Below, in pieces: positions 19,646 to 28,874 of a stretch of 64,000 bases of DNA. The DNA is taken from the NCBI GenBank assembly GCA_043732305.1, contig JAYTHU010000062.1, forward strand, positions 1-64,000, in the 5' to 3' direction. Every line of letters starts with the position of its first letter. Position 1 is the first letter of the stretch. The position numbers were made by a program, and so were the translations under genes. The DNA comes from Oligoflexia bacterium (GTDB taxonomy: Bacteria; Bdellovibrionota; Bdellovibrionia; JABDDW01). The notes beneath the pieces are model-generated. The model was not told the DNA's origin and did not search any database. It was given only the letters and a program-made list of their open reading frames with translations.

Positions 19646-21548
19646 AACGGCAAGCATTCTCATTGTTGGCCATCCGGATCCTAAACTCGTGGAGTTTGGT
19701 GCTGATTTTATAAATTCCTATGACGAAACCGAAAAGATTCTATCGAAGTTTTCATATGCTGTAGTTGCCGTAGCCGATCGCATGGATGGAAAGTCCTGCG
19801 TGGATTTGTTGAAAAAAATCCGAAAGCTCAACCCCCATACTCAATTGATATTGGTGAGTCAAGCGGCGAGCGCACCTGATTTGCAAGCACTTATCAATGA
19901 AGCAGGACTCTTCAAATCAATTTCTAGTTTTGAAGAAAGCCAACTCCAACTAGCTGTGAGAGAAGCACTCGAAGAATTTGAGTTGATCAAACAAAACGAA
20001 GCGTTTTATCAACTTCGTACTGAACAAAACCGTAAGCTGCAAAATTTAACTCAACAACTTGAAGAACGCGTTCAAGTTCGAGAAAGCTTTCTCATCCAGT
20101 CGCGAGAAAAACTTCTTCACACTACCAAACGCTTGGAGGCATTGAACCGCGCGCTTCTAGCTATCCAAAGAAGTTCTAATCGTCAATCAATGGAAGAACT
20201 GATCAACGATGCATTGAAAAGTGCGCTCGACCTTTCGTGGACAAAAATTTTATTTAAAAACCAAACTTTCCTTGAAGCTGGACCACAGGAAAGTTATTCC
20301 CAGTTAAATATTTTATCTGCGCCACTGTTTAAAGAAAAAGAACTCCTGGGTCATATTTATTTTGCACGCAAAGAACAGTTTCCATTTTCTAGTGATGAAG
20401 ATGATTTCCTACTTCAAGTGGGAGATGCCGTCAGCTTGACCATCGATAGGCTCATGGCGATTGAAAAAATAGAAGAGCTCAAGCAGGAGTGGGACTCGAC
20501 ATTTGATTCAATCACAGATCCCGTTTCTATGGTGACTGAAGACTTTGTTTTAGTGCGGGTAAACAAAGCATTTGCGGAATCATCGGATTCGTCCGTTGAA
20601 AAAGTGGTCGGACTCAAATGCCACGAAATTTTATTTAACTCGAACACACCTTGTACAGGATGTCACCTTGGAGAAACATTTAATCTGGGAGAAAAAACAA
20701 GCCGTGAAGGTAAGCTTGCTAACTTCACCGTAAACTCTCAACAAATTGCTCTTGAAGATGGGCAAAAAGCTTTTGCCGTTTTCTATCATGACACCAGTGA
20801 ACAACAGAAAATTCAGAGACAAATCTTGGAATCATCGAAGATGGCAGAGATTGGAACAATTGGCAGCAGCATTGCTCATGAAATCAACAATCCTCTGGGT
20901 GGAATTTTAGCTTTTGTGCAAATCATGAAATCTGAAATCGGCCCAGAAGATAAACATCGTGAAGATATTGTAGAGATGGAAAAAGCCGCACTCAGATGTA
21001 AATCTATTGTAGAAAATCTCTTGGCCTTCACAAGAACTTCGAGTAGCTCAGATTTTAAAACCACTCGCGTTAGTGATCTTCTTAAAGTTGTGACCAATAT
21101 TATCGAATTGCAAACTCGTGGTCTAGGAATTGAAATCAATATTGAAATTGAAAATATGGATGCCGCCATAGAAGCGGATTCAAATCAGCTCGTGCAAGTG
21201 TTGGTCAATGTTTTGCAAAATAGTTGCGAAGCTTTAGCCGAGAAACTCAGCAATGGGCAAAGATTTCCTGCACCTTTGATAACAATTCGCACTCAATCAG
21301 TTCAAAAGCCAGAGTCCGGGATTCGCTTTGAGATCACAGACAATGGCCCAGGGATAGCCGCCGATCAACTTTCACGTGTGTTCACGCCCTTCTTCACCAC
21401 CAAAGATAAGGGCAAAAATACAGGTCTCGGGTTGAGTGTCAGCTACCAAATTGTCAAGGACCATTTCGGACAAATGGAAATTTCATCCGTGTTTGGCAAA
21501 TCAACAACCGTGATCATTACGATCGAGCAAAAAGAAGCTCAGGCTTAA
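19632..21548 (+). CDS. Cytoplasmic sensor histidine kinase (degenerate REC - coiled coil - GAF - PAS - HisKA - HATPase)
   Basis: AHEINNPL H-box, N-box, DNGPGI, FFTTK and GLGL; PAS with C..(n)..C..C; no transmembrane segments. Confidence 0.9.
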   Translation: MAENKTASILIVGHPDPKLVEFGADFINSYDETEKILSKFSYAVVAVADRMDGKSCVDLLKKIRKLNPHTQLILVSQAASAPDLQALINEAGLFKSISSFEESQLQLAVREALEEFELIKQNEAFYQLRTEQNRKLQNLTQQLEERVQVRESFLIQSREKLLHTTKRLEALNRALLAIQRSSNRQSMEELINDALKSALDLSWTKILFKNQTFLEAGPQESYSQLNILSAPLFKEKELLGHIYFARKEQFPFSSDEDDFLLQVGDAVSLTIDRLMAIEKIEELKQEWDSTFDSITDPVSMVTEDFVLVRVNKAFAESSDSSVEKVVGLKCHEILFNSNTPCTGCHLGETFNLGEKTSREGKLANFTVNSQQIALEDGQKAFAVFYHDTSEQQKIQRQILESSKMAEIGTIGSSIAHEINNPLGGILAFVQIMKSEIGPEDKHREDIVEMEKAALRCKSIVENLLAFTRTSSSSDFKTTRVSDLLKVVTNIIELQTRGLGIEINIEIENMDAAIEADSNQLVQVLVNVLQNSCEALAEKLSNGQRFPAPLITIRTQSVQKPESGIRFEITDNGPGIAADQLSRVFTPFFTTKDKGKNTGLGLSVSYQIVKDHFGQMEISSVFGKSTTVIITIEQKEAQA

Positions 21549-21688
21549 GTCCAATTGGTGTAATTATTTTGACGAAGCTCTTTTGACTCCGTCATTTTTT
21601 TGGTAGACTGTGTCTGTGGTTGCAACTTAACGCGGATCACAGTTACTTTTACTCACCGAACTCTCTTAACCATGGAAGGATAGGGGAA

Positions 21689-23071
21689 ATGCAAAAATCC
21701 AGAATTCTAGTTGTTGATGACGAATCCAGTATCAGAACAGCGCTCTTTCGCGCTCTTGAAAAGAAGGGTCATCAAGTGCTCACGGCAAGCAGTATTGCCG
21801 AAGCAGAAGTCCTGAGTTCCGGCGAACAAACTCTTGACCTACTCTTAACAGACATCCGACTTCCTGACGGAAATGGTTTGGATCTGATGTCAAAAATCAA
21901 ACAGGCGCATGGGTGTCAATGTTTAGTACTCACGGGATTCGGAAGTATTGACACTGCGGTGGCCGCCACCAAAGCCGGTGCTTTTCACTTCATCACCAAG
22001 CCCTTCAATATTGAAGAAGCTTTGGCTCTGGTCGACAAAGCTTTGGAAAGCAAACATCTCACTCAAGAAAATAGGCTTCTCCGGCATCAGTTACATGAAA
22101 AGTATCAGTTTGAGAATATTATTGGCCGTTCGGAAGAGATCACCAAAGTTTTTGAATTGATCGAAGTTGTAGCTGACTCCGATTCAACGGTTCTCATCAC
22201 TGGAGAATCAGGAACTGGGAAAGAGCTAGTCGCCCGCGCGATTCACTTCAATTCGAATCGAGCCAACAAACTCATGGTCCCCGTCAACTGTGGTGCTATT
22301 CCTGGGGAACTTTTAGAGAGTGAATTGTTTGGTCACGTGAAAGGCGCCTTCACCGGTGCAATCAATAATCGTCAAGGTCGCTTTGAAGTGGCAAATGGCG
22401 GAACTATCTTCTTAGATGAAATCGGTGACATGAGTCCTAATCTCCAAGTAAAAATTCTGCGTGCTCTTCAGGATAGAAAGTTTGAACCTGTCGGAAGTGT
22501 TAAATCTATGGAAGTCGACGTGCGTGTTATTGCGGCGACTCACAAAGATTTAGATAAAGCGGTGGCTGACAAAAGTTTCCGCGAAGATCTTTTTTACCGA
22601 TTGAACGTCATCCCTATTCGCCTGCCTTCATTGCGCGAACGTAAATCTGATATTCCTCTTCTCATTGGGCACTTTTTAAAACATTTCAATGAAACCAAAC
22701 GCAGGGACATCCAAGGTTTCAATGGTGATGCTATGGAACTCATGCTGAGCTACAACTGGCCCGGCAATGTTCGCGAGTTGGAAAATCTTATTGAGAGACT
22801 CGTGATTATCAAAGGTCGAGGTATTATCGAAGTTCGCGATCTTCCCGAGCGTTATCAACAAAGAAATGCCGTCCTGAATCCAGATAAAATTCAAATGCCT
22901 GAAAAAGGTTTGGATTTCAATACTGCCGTCGATAATTTCGAGAATGCGCTGATCATGCAAGCCCTCGAACGTACTGGATGGAACAGAAACAAAGCTGCAT
23001 CCTTATTAAATTTAAATCGAACAACTTTAGTTGAGAAAATAAAGAAAAAGGGACTAGCGCAAACCGTCTAA
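21689..23071 (+). CDS. NtrC/AtoC-family sigma54-dependent response regulator
   Basis: REC domain (VVDDE, D, KPF), GESGTGKE, GAFTGA, FLDEIG, WPGNVREL and Fis-type HTH. Start moved to 21689 (RBS AGGATAGGGG). Confidence 0.96.
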   Translation: MQKSRILVVDDESSIRTALFRALEKKGHQVLTASSIAEAEVLSSGEQTLDLLLTDIRLPDGNGLDLMSKIKQAHGCQCLVLTGFGSIDTAVAATKAGAFHFITKPFNIEEALALVDKALESKHLTQENRLLRHQLHEKYQFENIIGRSEEITKVFELIEVVADSDSTVLITGESGTGKELVARAIHFNSNRANKLMVPVNCGAIPGELLESELFGHVKGAFTGAINNRQGRFEVANGGTIFLDEIGDMSPNLQVKILRALQDRKFEPVGSVKSMEVDVRVIAATHKDLDKAVADKSFREDLFYRLNVIPIRLPSLRERKSDIPLLIGHFLKHFNETKRRDIQGFNGDAMELMLSYNWPGNVRELENLIERLVIIKGRGIIEVRDLPERYQQRNAVLNPDKIQMPEKGLDFNTAVDNFENALIMQALERTGWNRNKAASLLNLNRTTLVEKIKKKGLAQTV

Positions 23072-23128
23072 TGTTTTTAGCGTGCTACTTACGCCGATCC
23101 CTGGATAACTTCCAGGGATTTTTTTTTG

Positions 23129-24070
23129 CTATTTCTGCAGGCACCGCATTTTACTTATGGCGGAAGGCAAGCCTTCGACCAAGTCACTTGCTAATAAACC
23201 TAAATAATCTCGCCCTGATTTTACCCATTCATCGGCGCAAAACCCATGAAGCGTAGCCCCCGCACAGGCGGCGTCTATTGGTTTCAATCCTTGAGCTAAA
23301 AATCCCGCGATGATTCCCGTGAGAACATCTCCCGTACCTGCTTTTGCAAGAGCAGCGTTACCCGTCTGAATTTCAAATATCTCACCGTTCGAATTGGCAA
23401 TGAGTGTGTGATGACCTTTAAGTAAAACAATGCACCCGAGTTTTTCCCGTGCAAGTGTCACATATTTCAGACGATTGCGCGCGATCTGTGACGCTGTGAC
23501 TCTAGAAAATCGATTTAATATTCGAGCAAGTTCACCTTCATGAGGAGTGATCACCCAAGTAGCTGGAAGTTTTGTGTATACCTTTGCGTTTGAGTCAATA
23601 CTCAGCGCTAAAGCGTGCAATGCACCGGCATCAAGAACCACATTGACAGGTTTTAAATTTTTTAGAACTTTTAATATTTTCTGTGTTTTTGTACCAAAGC
23701 CCAAACCCGGACCAACAGCTATCGCCGAGTAGATTTTTAAAAATTCTTGCGTCACCCGATTTGACGAAGAATTCTTCAAGAATTCAGAAATATCTTTCGT
23801 TAAGAAATCAGGATGCTTTACCGTCGGGAATTTCCGGACACTTGTCATTAGAGATGTGTAACCTGCTCCCACTCGACCTGCCGATGTTGCAGAGAGAACC
23901 GCCGCACCCCACATCCCTTTTGATCCTGCGATGATCAATACTCTTCCGCTTTGAGTCTTATTCCCATTTTTTTCTCTTTGGGGAATGAGTTTAGCCATAT
24001 TTTTTGCCGAGCATTTATACATTCCTAATTTTCCTCTCGATGTTGCAATCTGCAGATATCTATACCTCAT
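23129..24070 (-). CDS. nnrD: ADP-dependent NAD(P)H-hydrate dehydratase (stand-alone)
   Basis: NK...GRVLIIAGS..M.GAA, GPGLG, VLDA, TPHEGE, LKG and AKAGTGDVLTG motifs; start uncertain. Confidence 0.92.
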   Translation of the reverse strand: MRYRYLQIATSRGKLGMYKCSAKNMAKLIPQREKNGNKTQSGRVLIIAGSKGMWGAAVLSATSAGRVGAGYTSLMTSVRKFPTVKHPDFLTKDISEFLKNSSSNRVTQEFLKIYSAIAVGPGLGFGTKTQKILKVLKNLKPVNVVLDAGALHALALSIDSNAKVYTKLPATWVITPHEGELARILNRFSRVTASQIARNRLKYVTLAREKLGCIVLLKGHHTLIANSNGEIFEIQTGNAALAKAGTGDVLTGIIAGFLAQGLKPIDAACAGATLHGFCADEWVKSGRDYLGLLASDLVEGLPSAISKMRCLQK

Positions 24071-24103
24071 AATTCATCTAAAACAGTCTGAGATGCAACC
24101 CAC

Positions 24104-24556
24104 GTGAGCCAAAGTTTGGTCCCAAAACTGCAATTACCTTTCTTATCCAAGGAGGATCGTATGCTCGACAATTTAGTTTTTGGCGTGCCTTTTGTGTCTG
24201 GAATAATTATTGGGGAGATCTTCGTGCGAGTTCTGAGAGAACCCGCGTTTAAACGTGTGCGATATTGGTTAATGGGGACAATTGGAGGATTTATCGGAAT
24301 GGCACTCGGGCTCGTCGCTCCTATTATTCCACAATACAGATTTTTTATGATTGGATTACTCAGTACTTTTGGGGGCGGAATTTTCCTATTTGTTTATTTC
24401 ATGGCTTTCAGCAAGCGCCCCAATTTCTACGATCGAGTGAATGAAATTTGGCTGAAGCGCTCTCAATCCTCTGTGCCTGGAACAAAAGGTAACGTGAAGA
24501 TTGAGGTTCCTCTCAATAACTCTTCCCATTCATCCCCCAAAATCACAACCCATTAA
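24104..24556 (+). CDS. Hypothetical membrane protein (about 3 TM)
   Basis: Three hydrophobic Gly-rich segments; no recognised family. Confidence 0.65.
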   Translation: MSQSLVPKLQLPFLSKEDRMLDNLVFGVPFVSGIIIGEIFVRVLREPAFKRVRYWLMGTIGGFIGMALGLVAPIIPQYRFFMIGLLSTFGGGIFLFVYFMAFSKRPNFYDRVNEIWLKRSQSSVPGTKGNVKIEVPLNNSSHSSPKITTH

Positions 24557-24637
24557 AACTATTTAGTTGGATTTAGAGTGCCTAGCCCGTAGCCAGCTGC
24601 CATCGGGTTAGGCGTTTTATAAAATCCAACTTAGTTT
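24556..24637 (+). ncRNA. Candidate structured RNA: about 31-bp interrupted hairpin
   Basis: AAACTA/TAGTTT, AGTTGGATTT/AAATCCAACT (10 bp perfect) and AGAGTGCCTAGCCCG/CGGGTTAGGCGTTTT (15 bp, 4 G-U pairs on the + strand); 14-nt loop. Confidence 0.45.
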
Positions 24638-24760
24638 CAATGATTTAAGTTCAAATCCACTGTTAGGAACCTGACATTTGCGCCTTTAATTGACATTCCA
24701 TATTTGCCTTAAACCCTTAATACTACCTCATTTTTCAATGATTTCGATGGCATAGCTTTT

Positions 24761-24776
24761 TGGCCTATGGCTTGCT
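24761..24776 (+). promoter_or_regulatory. sigma54 -24/-12 promoter
   Basis: TGGCCTATGGCTTGCT with exact GG-N10-GC spacing, about 105 nt upstream of the 24881 ORF. Confidence 0.7.
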
Positions 24777-24880
24777 CTATAGTCCAGTGTAGGGCAGGGG
24801 ACCCAAAATGATTAAATCCCAATGGGGCCTGAGATGGATCTTGGGCCCTATCCCCTTTTAACTTTATGAGAAAGAGAAAC

Positions 24881-25468
24881 ATGAAAAATTTTTTATGGAA
24901 AATAACATTGATGTTGGTTGGAAGCTGGATGCTTTCACCACATTCTCTTGCGAGTGTTCCAGATGATGACACTTCTTTTGCTTATAGTTCTATGCCGCAA
25001 ACTGCACCGATCGATGAAAACATTTTTACGAAGCACAATGTTGAAAAATATGTTCCAGCCAACTTGACTCCAACCAAAGACACAACGCTTCTATCTTCAG
25101 AGTTTCAAACAAAATTCCAGCAAAAATGCCTAGACAATTTCTTTGCCAGTGATTTCTTTAAGAAGACTCCGGCAGGTCGAGCGCAGACTGCAATTCAACA
25201 AGTCTCAGAAAAATCTATGTACATGGGTGCAACCAGCGCGGGGATCACTCAAGAAGTAAAATTTCAAGTGCGGGCGCTTCAGCATGAAGCTGAAATGGAT
25301 TACAAAGGATATTTTAACTCTAGTTTTGTTTACACGATGGACACAAGTTTAGCAGCGCTCACAATTTCCAAACCGCTGAATAAAGAGACAACATTGAATC
25401 TCACAAACAGCACGTCTGTTTCTAGTCCGCAATTTGTACCTAACCTAAATCTTGTTTACACTTTCTAA
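24881..25468 (+). CDS. Secreted / outer-membrane hypothetical protein
   Basis: Signal peptide (..HSLA); beta-strand-rich C-terminal half ending LNLVYTF; alternative start at 24866. Confidence 0.7.
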   Translation: MKNFLWKITLMLVGSWMLSPHSLASVPDDDTSFAYSSMPQTAPIDENIFTKHNVEKYVPANLTPTKDTTLLSSEFQTKFQQKCLDNFFASDFFKKTPAGRAQTAIQQVSEKSMYMGATSAGITQEVKFQVRALQHEAEMDYKGYFNSSFVYTMDTSLAALTISKPLNKETTLNLTNSTSVSSPQFVPNLNLVYTF

Positions 25469-26094
25469 ATGTGGACGATTAATCCGGGCTTGGCTCCTCT
25501 TACGGCACGCATGAAAAAACGTCTTTGCCTGAGATCTTGTTTCATCCACCAAAGCTCTTTGGGTTCCACGCCATTCTTAGAAAGCGCAACAGACGCCTCG
25601 ATTAAACGCTCAGTAGGAAAAACAAAATAAAGTTCCCCACCTGTCTTGAGTAAATTTCTCGCGCCCTTCGACCAATCCTTTAAACTTAAACTTCCTTCAT
25701 GACGAGCGGATTGATCCAATTTAGTTTTATTCTCCTGACCGGAACCTTTGGTGAAAAAAGGCGGGTTGATCACAAATCTGTCGAAAGTATCAAAATATTT
25801 TCTATTCTTAAATATTTTCTTAGCGCAGATTTTTAGAACTTCGACATGAGGAAGGCCAGCAAGATTTTTTGCAGCGGCGTCAGTAGCGGCTTTCCATAGA
25901 TCGATGGCTAGCACAGACGTGGCTTTCTTTTCTTGAATTAAATCCCATGCAATGATGCCGTCGCCACAACCCACGTCGATAGCGCGAATAGTTTTTTTCC
26001 CGCTACCCACGTTCTTCATGAGTCGTACAAGTTCACTACCATCTTGAGTGTGACTTTTGATTCCTTTTATAAAGAGCCAATCTTTACGGGGCAT
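25465..26094 (-). CDS. SAM-dependent N6-adenine-type methyltransferase (TrmN6/YfiC-like)
   Basis: DVGCGDG, INPPFF, ARHE and LLK.GG motifs. Confidence 0.75.
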   Translation of the reverse strand: MPRKDWLFIKGIKSHTQDGSELVRLMKNVGSGKKTIRAIDVGCGDGIIAWDLIQEKKATSVLAIDLWKAATDAAAKNLAGLPHVEVLKICAKKIFKNRKYFDTFDRFVINPPFFTKGSGQENKTKLDQSARHEGSLSLKDWSKGARNLLKTGGELYFVFPTERLIEASVALSKNGVEPKELWWMKQDLRQRRFFMRAVRGAKPGLIVHI

Positions 26095-27332
26095 CAGAGA
26101 TCAAATTTATTTATAACGAGGCCCGAGGGAATCTTTGGATAAAAGAATGTGGATTTGTGTGGCATAACCTGATGCTGAGCCGCTTTTTCGACAATGTCTT
26201 CGTAAGTGTTCGGTCTCACCAGAAAACCTATCTGATGTTTTCCGGACTTCATGTTATCCAAGAATTCAGGAATATTTTTTACGTAATTGATCTGTAGTTC
26301 TTCACCGAGTACAGAAGGTGTAAAGAGTGTTCCGTGAAGGAAATCAAGATCCAAGACTTTTTGTGCACTTTTTAGTTCCACAAAATACATTTTTTCATTT
26401 ACAGAGAATGTCATGCCAAAAGCCACATGAGTGGATGCTTTGAGACGAGCTTCTAAAGCGGACAAGTCTTTAACTTCGGCGAAGTTAAAATCTTCAGCAA
26501 GCTTTGCAATTACATTTTCTGGTGAGAAATCTTTAATCCCACTCACCAACCTATGAGTAGGCAAAATAACCATTCCAGGTTGTTTGAAAGCACATACATC
26601 TGCTAGAACATATTTAGTTTCTTCCGATGGATGATCTTGATAAAATTTCAATGCGGTTTCATAACGGTGATGGCCGTCAAGAATATAAAGTTTTTCTGAT
26701 TTCAAATGCTCTGATACTTTGCCGCAAGTTTCTTCATCACTCAGATACCAAAGTTTATGCTTTACGCCGTAGTGATCCTCATAATCGTAAAGAAGCTTCC
26801 CAGAACGGATCATTTTTTCGAAATCATCACCACTTAAAAACGGTGAATCATAACCAAGAAAAACTGGCTCCATGTTGCCTTGACTCGCTTCCATCAGTTC
26901 GTAACGGTCGGCCTTGTGTTTAGCAAACGTTTTTTCATGAGGGAAGATCACGTTGTTTTTATAATCTTCTACTTGAACACGTGCAAAAACTCCGTAGCGG
27001 ACCATCACTCCAGATGGCGGGGCTTGAATTTTTTGACAGAACATTTCAAATTTTCCGAGCCGGAATTCTTGACGATAAAAGTAAAACCCAGGATTTTCAT
27101 CTTGAATCAAAATCTCCTGATTTTTCCATTCATTCAAAATCAAGGCAGCAGAGTAATGCTTATTTTCACCTTGAGCTAAAATAATTTTAGAAAAATTATG
27201 CCGATTTGACTTCTGAAGTGCGTCTCGCTCTTTTTCAGAAATGACGTCATAGGGAGGAACAATCACATCTTCGAGATGCGGTGATTTGTCGCGGTCATAG
27301 CGCCACGCCTTGAAAGGCTTAACAACGGCCAT
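26094..27332 (-). CDS. DUF1015 family protein
   Basis: PPYDVI, PHEKT, ILDGHHRYETA, ILPTHR and MPHKSTFFYPKIPSGL motifs. Confidence 0.9.
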   Translation of the reverse strand: MAVVKPFKAWRYDRDKSPHLEDVIVPPYDVISEKERDALQKSNRHNFSKIILAQGENKHYSAALILNEWKNQEILIQDENPGFYFYRQEFRLGKFEMFCQKIQAPPSGVMVRYGVFARVQVEDYKNNVIFPHEKTFAKHKADRYELMEASQGNMEPVFLGYDSPFLSGDDFEKMIRSGKLLYDYEDHYGVKHKLWYLSDEETCGKVSEHLKSEKLYILDGHHRYETALKFYQDHPSEETKYVLADVCAFKQPGMVILPTHRLVSGIKDFSPENVIAKLAEDFNFAEVKDLSALEARLKASTHVAFGMTFSVNEKMYFVELKSAQKVLDLDFLHGTLFTPSVLGEELQINYVKNIPEFLDNMKSGKHQIGFLVRPNTYEDIVEKAAQHQVMPHKSTFFYPKIPSGLVINKFDL

Positions 27333-27341
27333 AAAACGTCC

Positions 27342-28802
27342 TTATTTCTTTTTAGTCTTTTTCTTAGCCGAAGTTGTCTTTGTTTTTGCAGGTTTTGTCG
27401 ATTTAATTTTTGCAGGGGCCTTCTTGACCTCTACTTCAACTTTTTTCGGAGCTTTTTTCGCAAAAGAAAACTTCCCGGATCCCTTGTGATGCTTTTCTGT
27501 TGAGGGCGCTCTAATTTTAGGAGGCAAATTAACGCCTCCAATACCAAGAGCAATATCTGATCTTGTAAGCATTCCCTCAATGATCGCGCCAGGAACAAGC
27601 TCATAAGCTTTTTGTCGCGCTTGATTCATTTTTTTTCCAACGGAAACCACATTCAAAACTCGGCCACCACTGGTGATGTAACCATTGTGGCTCGCGGTTC
27701 CAGCATGAAGGAAATAGAGATCAGGTCCAATGCTCTTAATAATTTCGCGATCAAGTAAAATCCGCAATCCCTTTTTGGGATTTTCAGGATACCCAGGACT
27801 AGCAATAACAACGCAAACAGCGGAATCAGTAGTCCACTTGAGTTTGGGAACTTTTCCTTCAGAAATTTGAGTGAAAACTTCAGCCCAATCACCATTCAAC
27901 AATGGCAAAATGACTTGCGCTTCCGGATCACCAAATCTCACATTGTATTCTAAAATTACTGGTTCACCGTCTTTGATCATGAGACCGAAGTATAAAACTC
28001 CACGGTAATCTAACTTTTCTTCGACCATTCCCTTGAGTGTAGGTTCGATAACTTTTTCTACAATTGCACTCAAGGATTTTGCATTCACTTTGACAGGAGC
28101 ATATGAACCCATGCCGCCAGTGTTTGGTCCAAGATCACCATCTTGAAGACGCTTATAATCCTGAGCAATAGGTAAGAGTTCAAATTTTCCGTCGGCAATA
28201 AGCGCGAGGACACTCATCTCTTCGCCTTGAATAAATTCTTCAATCAATACTTTTTCTGAAGCCTTGCCGAGAATTTTATTTTCAAAAAGATCTTTGGCCG
28301 CTTGGGTGTAATCTTCAGCGGTTTTACAAATATAGACGCCTTTGCCAGATGCCAAACCATCAGCTTTTACAACGCAGACGTCAGGGAAATGTTCGCGCGC
28401 TCTCATCATTTCCTCGAGGTTAGTGCAGATTACAAATTTTGCAGTGGGCAAGTTATGTCGGCCCATAAAGTTTTTTGCAAAAACTTTACTTGATTCAAGT
28501 TGCGCGGATCTTTGGCCAGGGCCGAAAACTCGCACATCGAATCTTTTTAGCGTGTCTACAATTCCTGCTGCGAGCGGAGCTTCAGGTCCCACCACAACTA
28601 GATCTGGTTTTATTCTTTTCACCAAATCAAGAACAGATCGCATGTCTGTCGGATCCGTTAGATGGCAAGATGCATCCTTCGCTATTCCAGGGTTTCCGGG
28701 AGCACAACTAATGTGCGTGATATTTTTCGAATTTTTAATTGCTTTGACGATAGCGTGCTCGCGGCCACCACCACCAAGAACTAGAATGTTTTTAGCGTGC
28801 AT
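27342..28802 (-). CDS. purD: Phosphoribosylamine-glycine ligase with Lys/Ala-rich C-terminal tail
   Basis: GGGGREHA, APGNPG, VGPEAPL, LESSK.FAK, KADGLASGKGV, GPNTGGMG, EYNVRFGDPE and GGRVL motifs; start moved to 28802. Confidence 0.97.
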   Translation of the reverse strand: MHAKNILVLGGGGREHAIVKAIKNSKNITHISCAPGNPGIAKDASCHLTDPTDMRSVLDLVKRIKPDLVVVGPEAPLAAGIVDTLKRFDVRVFGPGQRSAQLESSKVFAKNFMGRHNLPTAKFVICTNLEEMMRAREHFPDVCVVKADGLASGKGVYICKTAEDYTQAAKDLFENKILGKASEKVLIEEFIQGEEMSVLALIADGKFELLPIAQDYKRLQDGDLGPNTGGMGSYAPVKVNAKSLSAIVEKVIEPTLKGMVEEKLDYRGVLYFGLMIKDGEPVILEYNVRFGDPEAQVILPLLNGDWAEVFTQISEGKVPKLKWTTDSAVCVVIASPGYPENPKKGLRILLDREIIKSIGPDLYFLHAGTASHNGYITSGGRVLNVVSVGKKMNQARQKAYELVPGAIIEGMLTRSDIALGIGGVNLPPKIRAPSTEKHHKGSGKFSFAKKAPKKVEVEVKKAPAKIKSTKPAKTKTTSAKKKTKKK

Positions 28803-28809
28803 ATACCTA

Positions 28810-28868
28810 ACTATCCTCGCATTTAAAGGTGATGTCAATTGACCTTAAGAATCTTTTAGGTTTAGTCT
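28810..28868. promoter_or_regulatory. Back-to-back sigma70-type promoters for purD and the thiolase gene
   Basis: Minus strand: TTGACA-N17-GATAGT-N7-ATG. Plus strand: TTGACC-N18-TAGTCT-N6-ATG. The -35 boxes abut (TGTCAATTGACC). Confidence 0.6.
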
Positions 28869-28874
28869 TTAAGC

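Noticed and set aside
24589..24602. GTAGCCAGCTGCCA resembles the 3' end of a c-di-GMP-I riboswitch
   Set aside because: The required upstream GGCAAA/GAAA-tetraloop/GACGCAAAG elements are absent.
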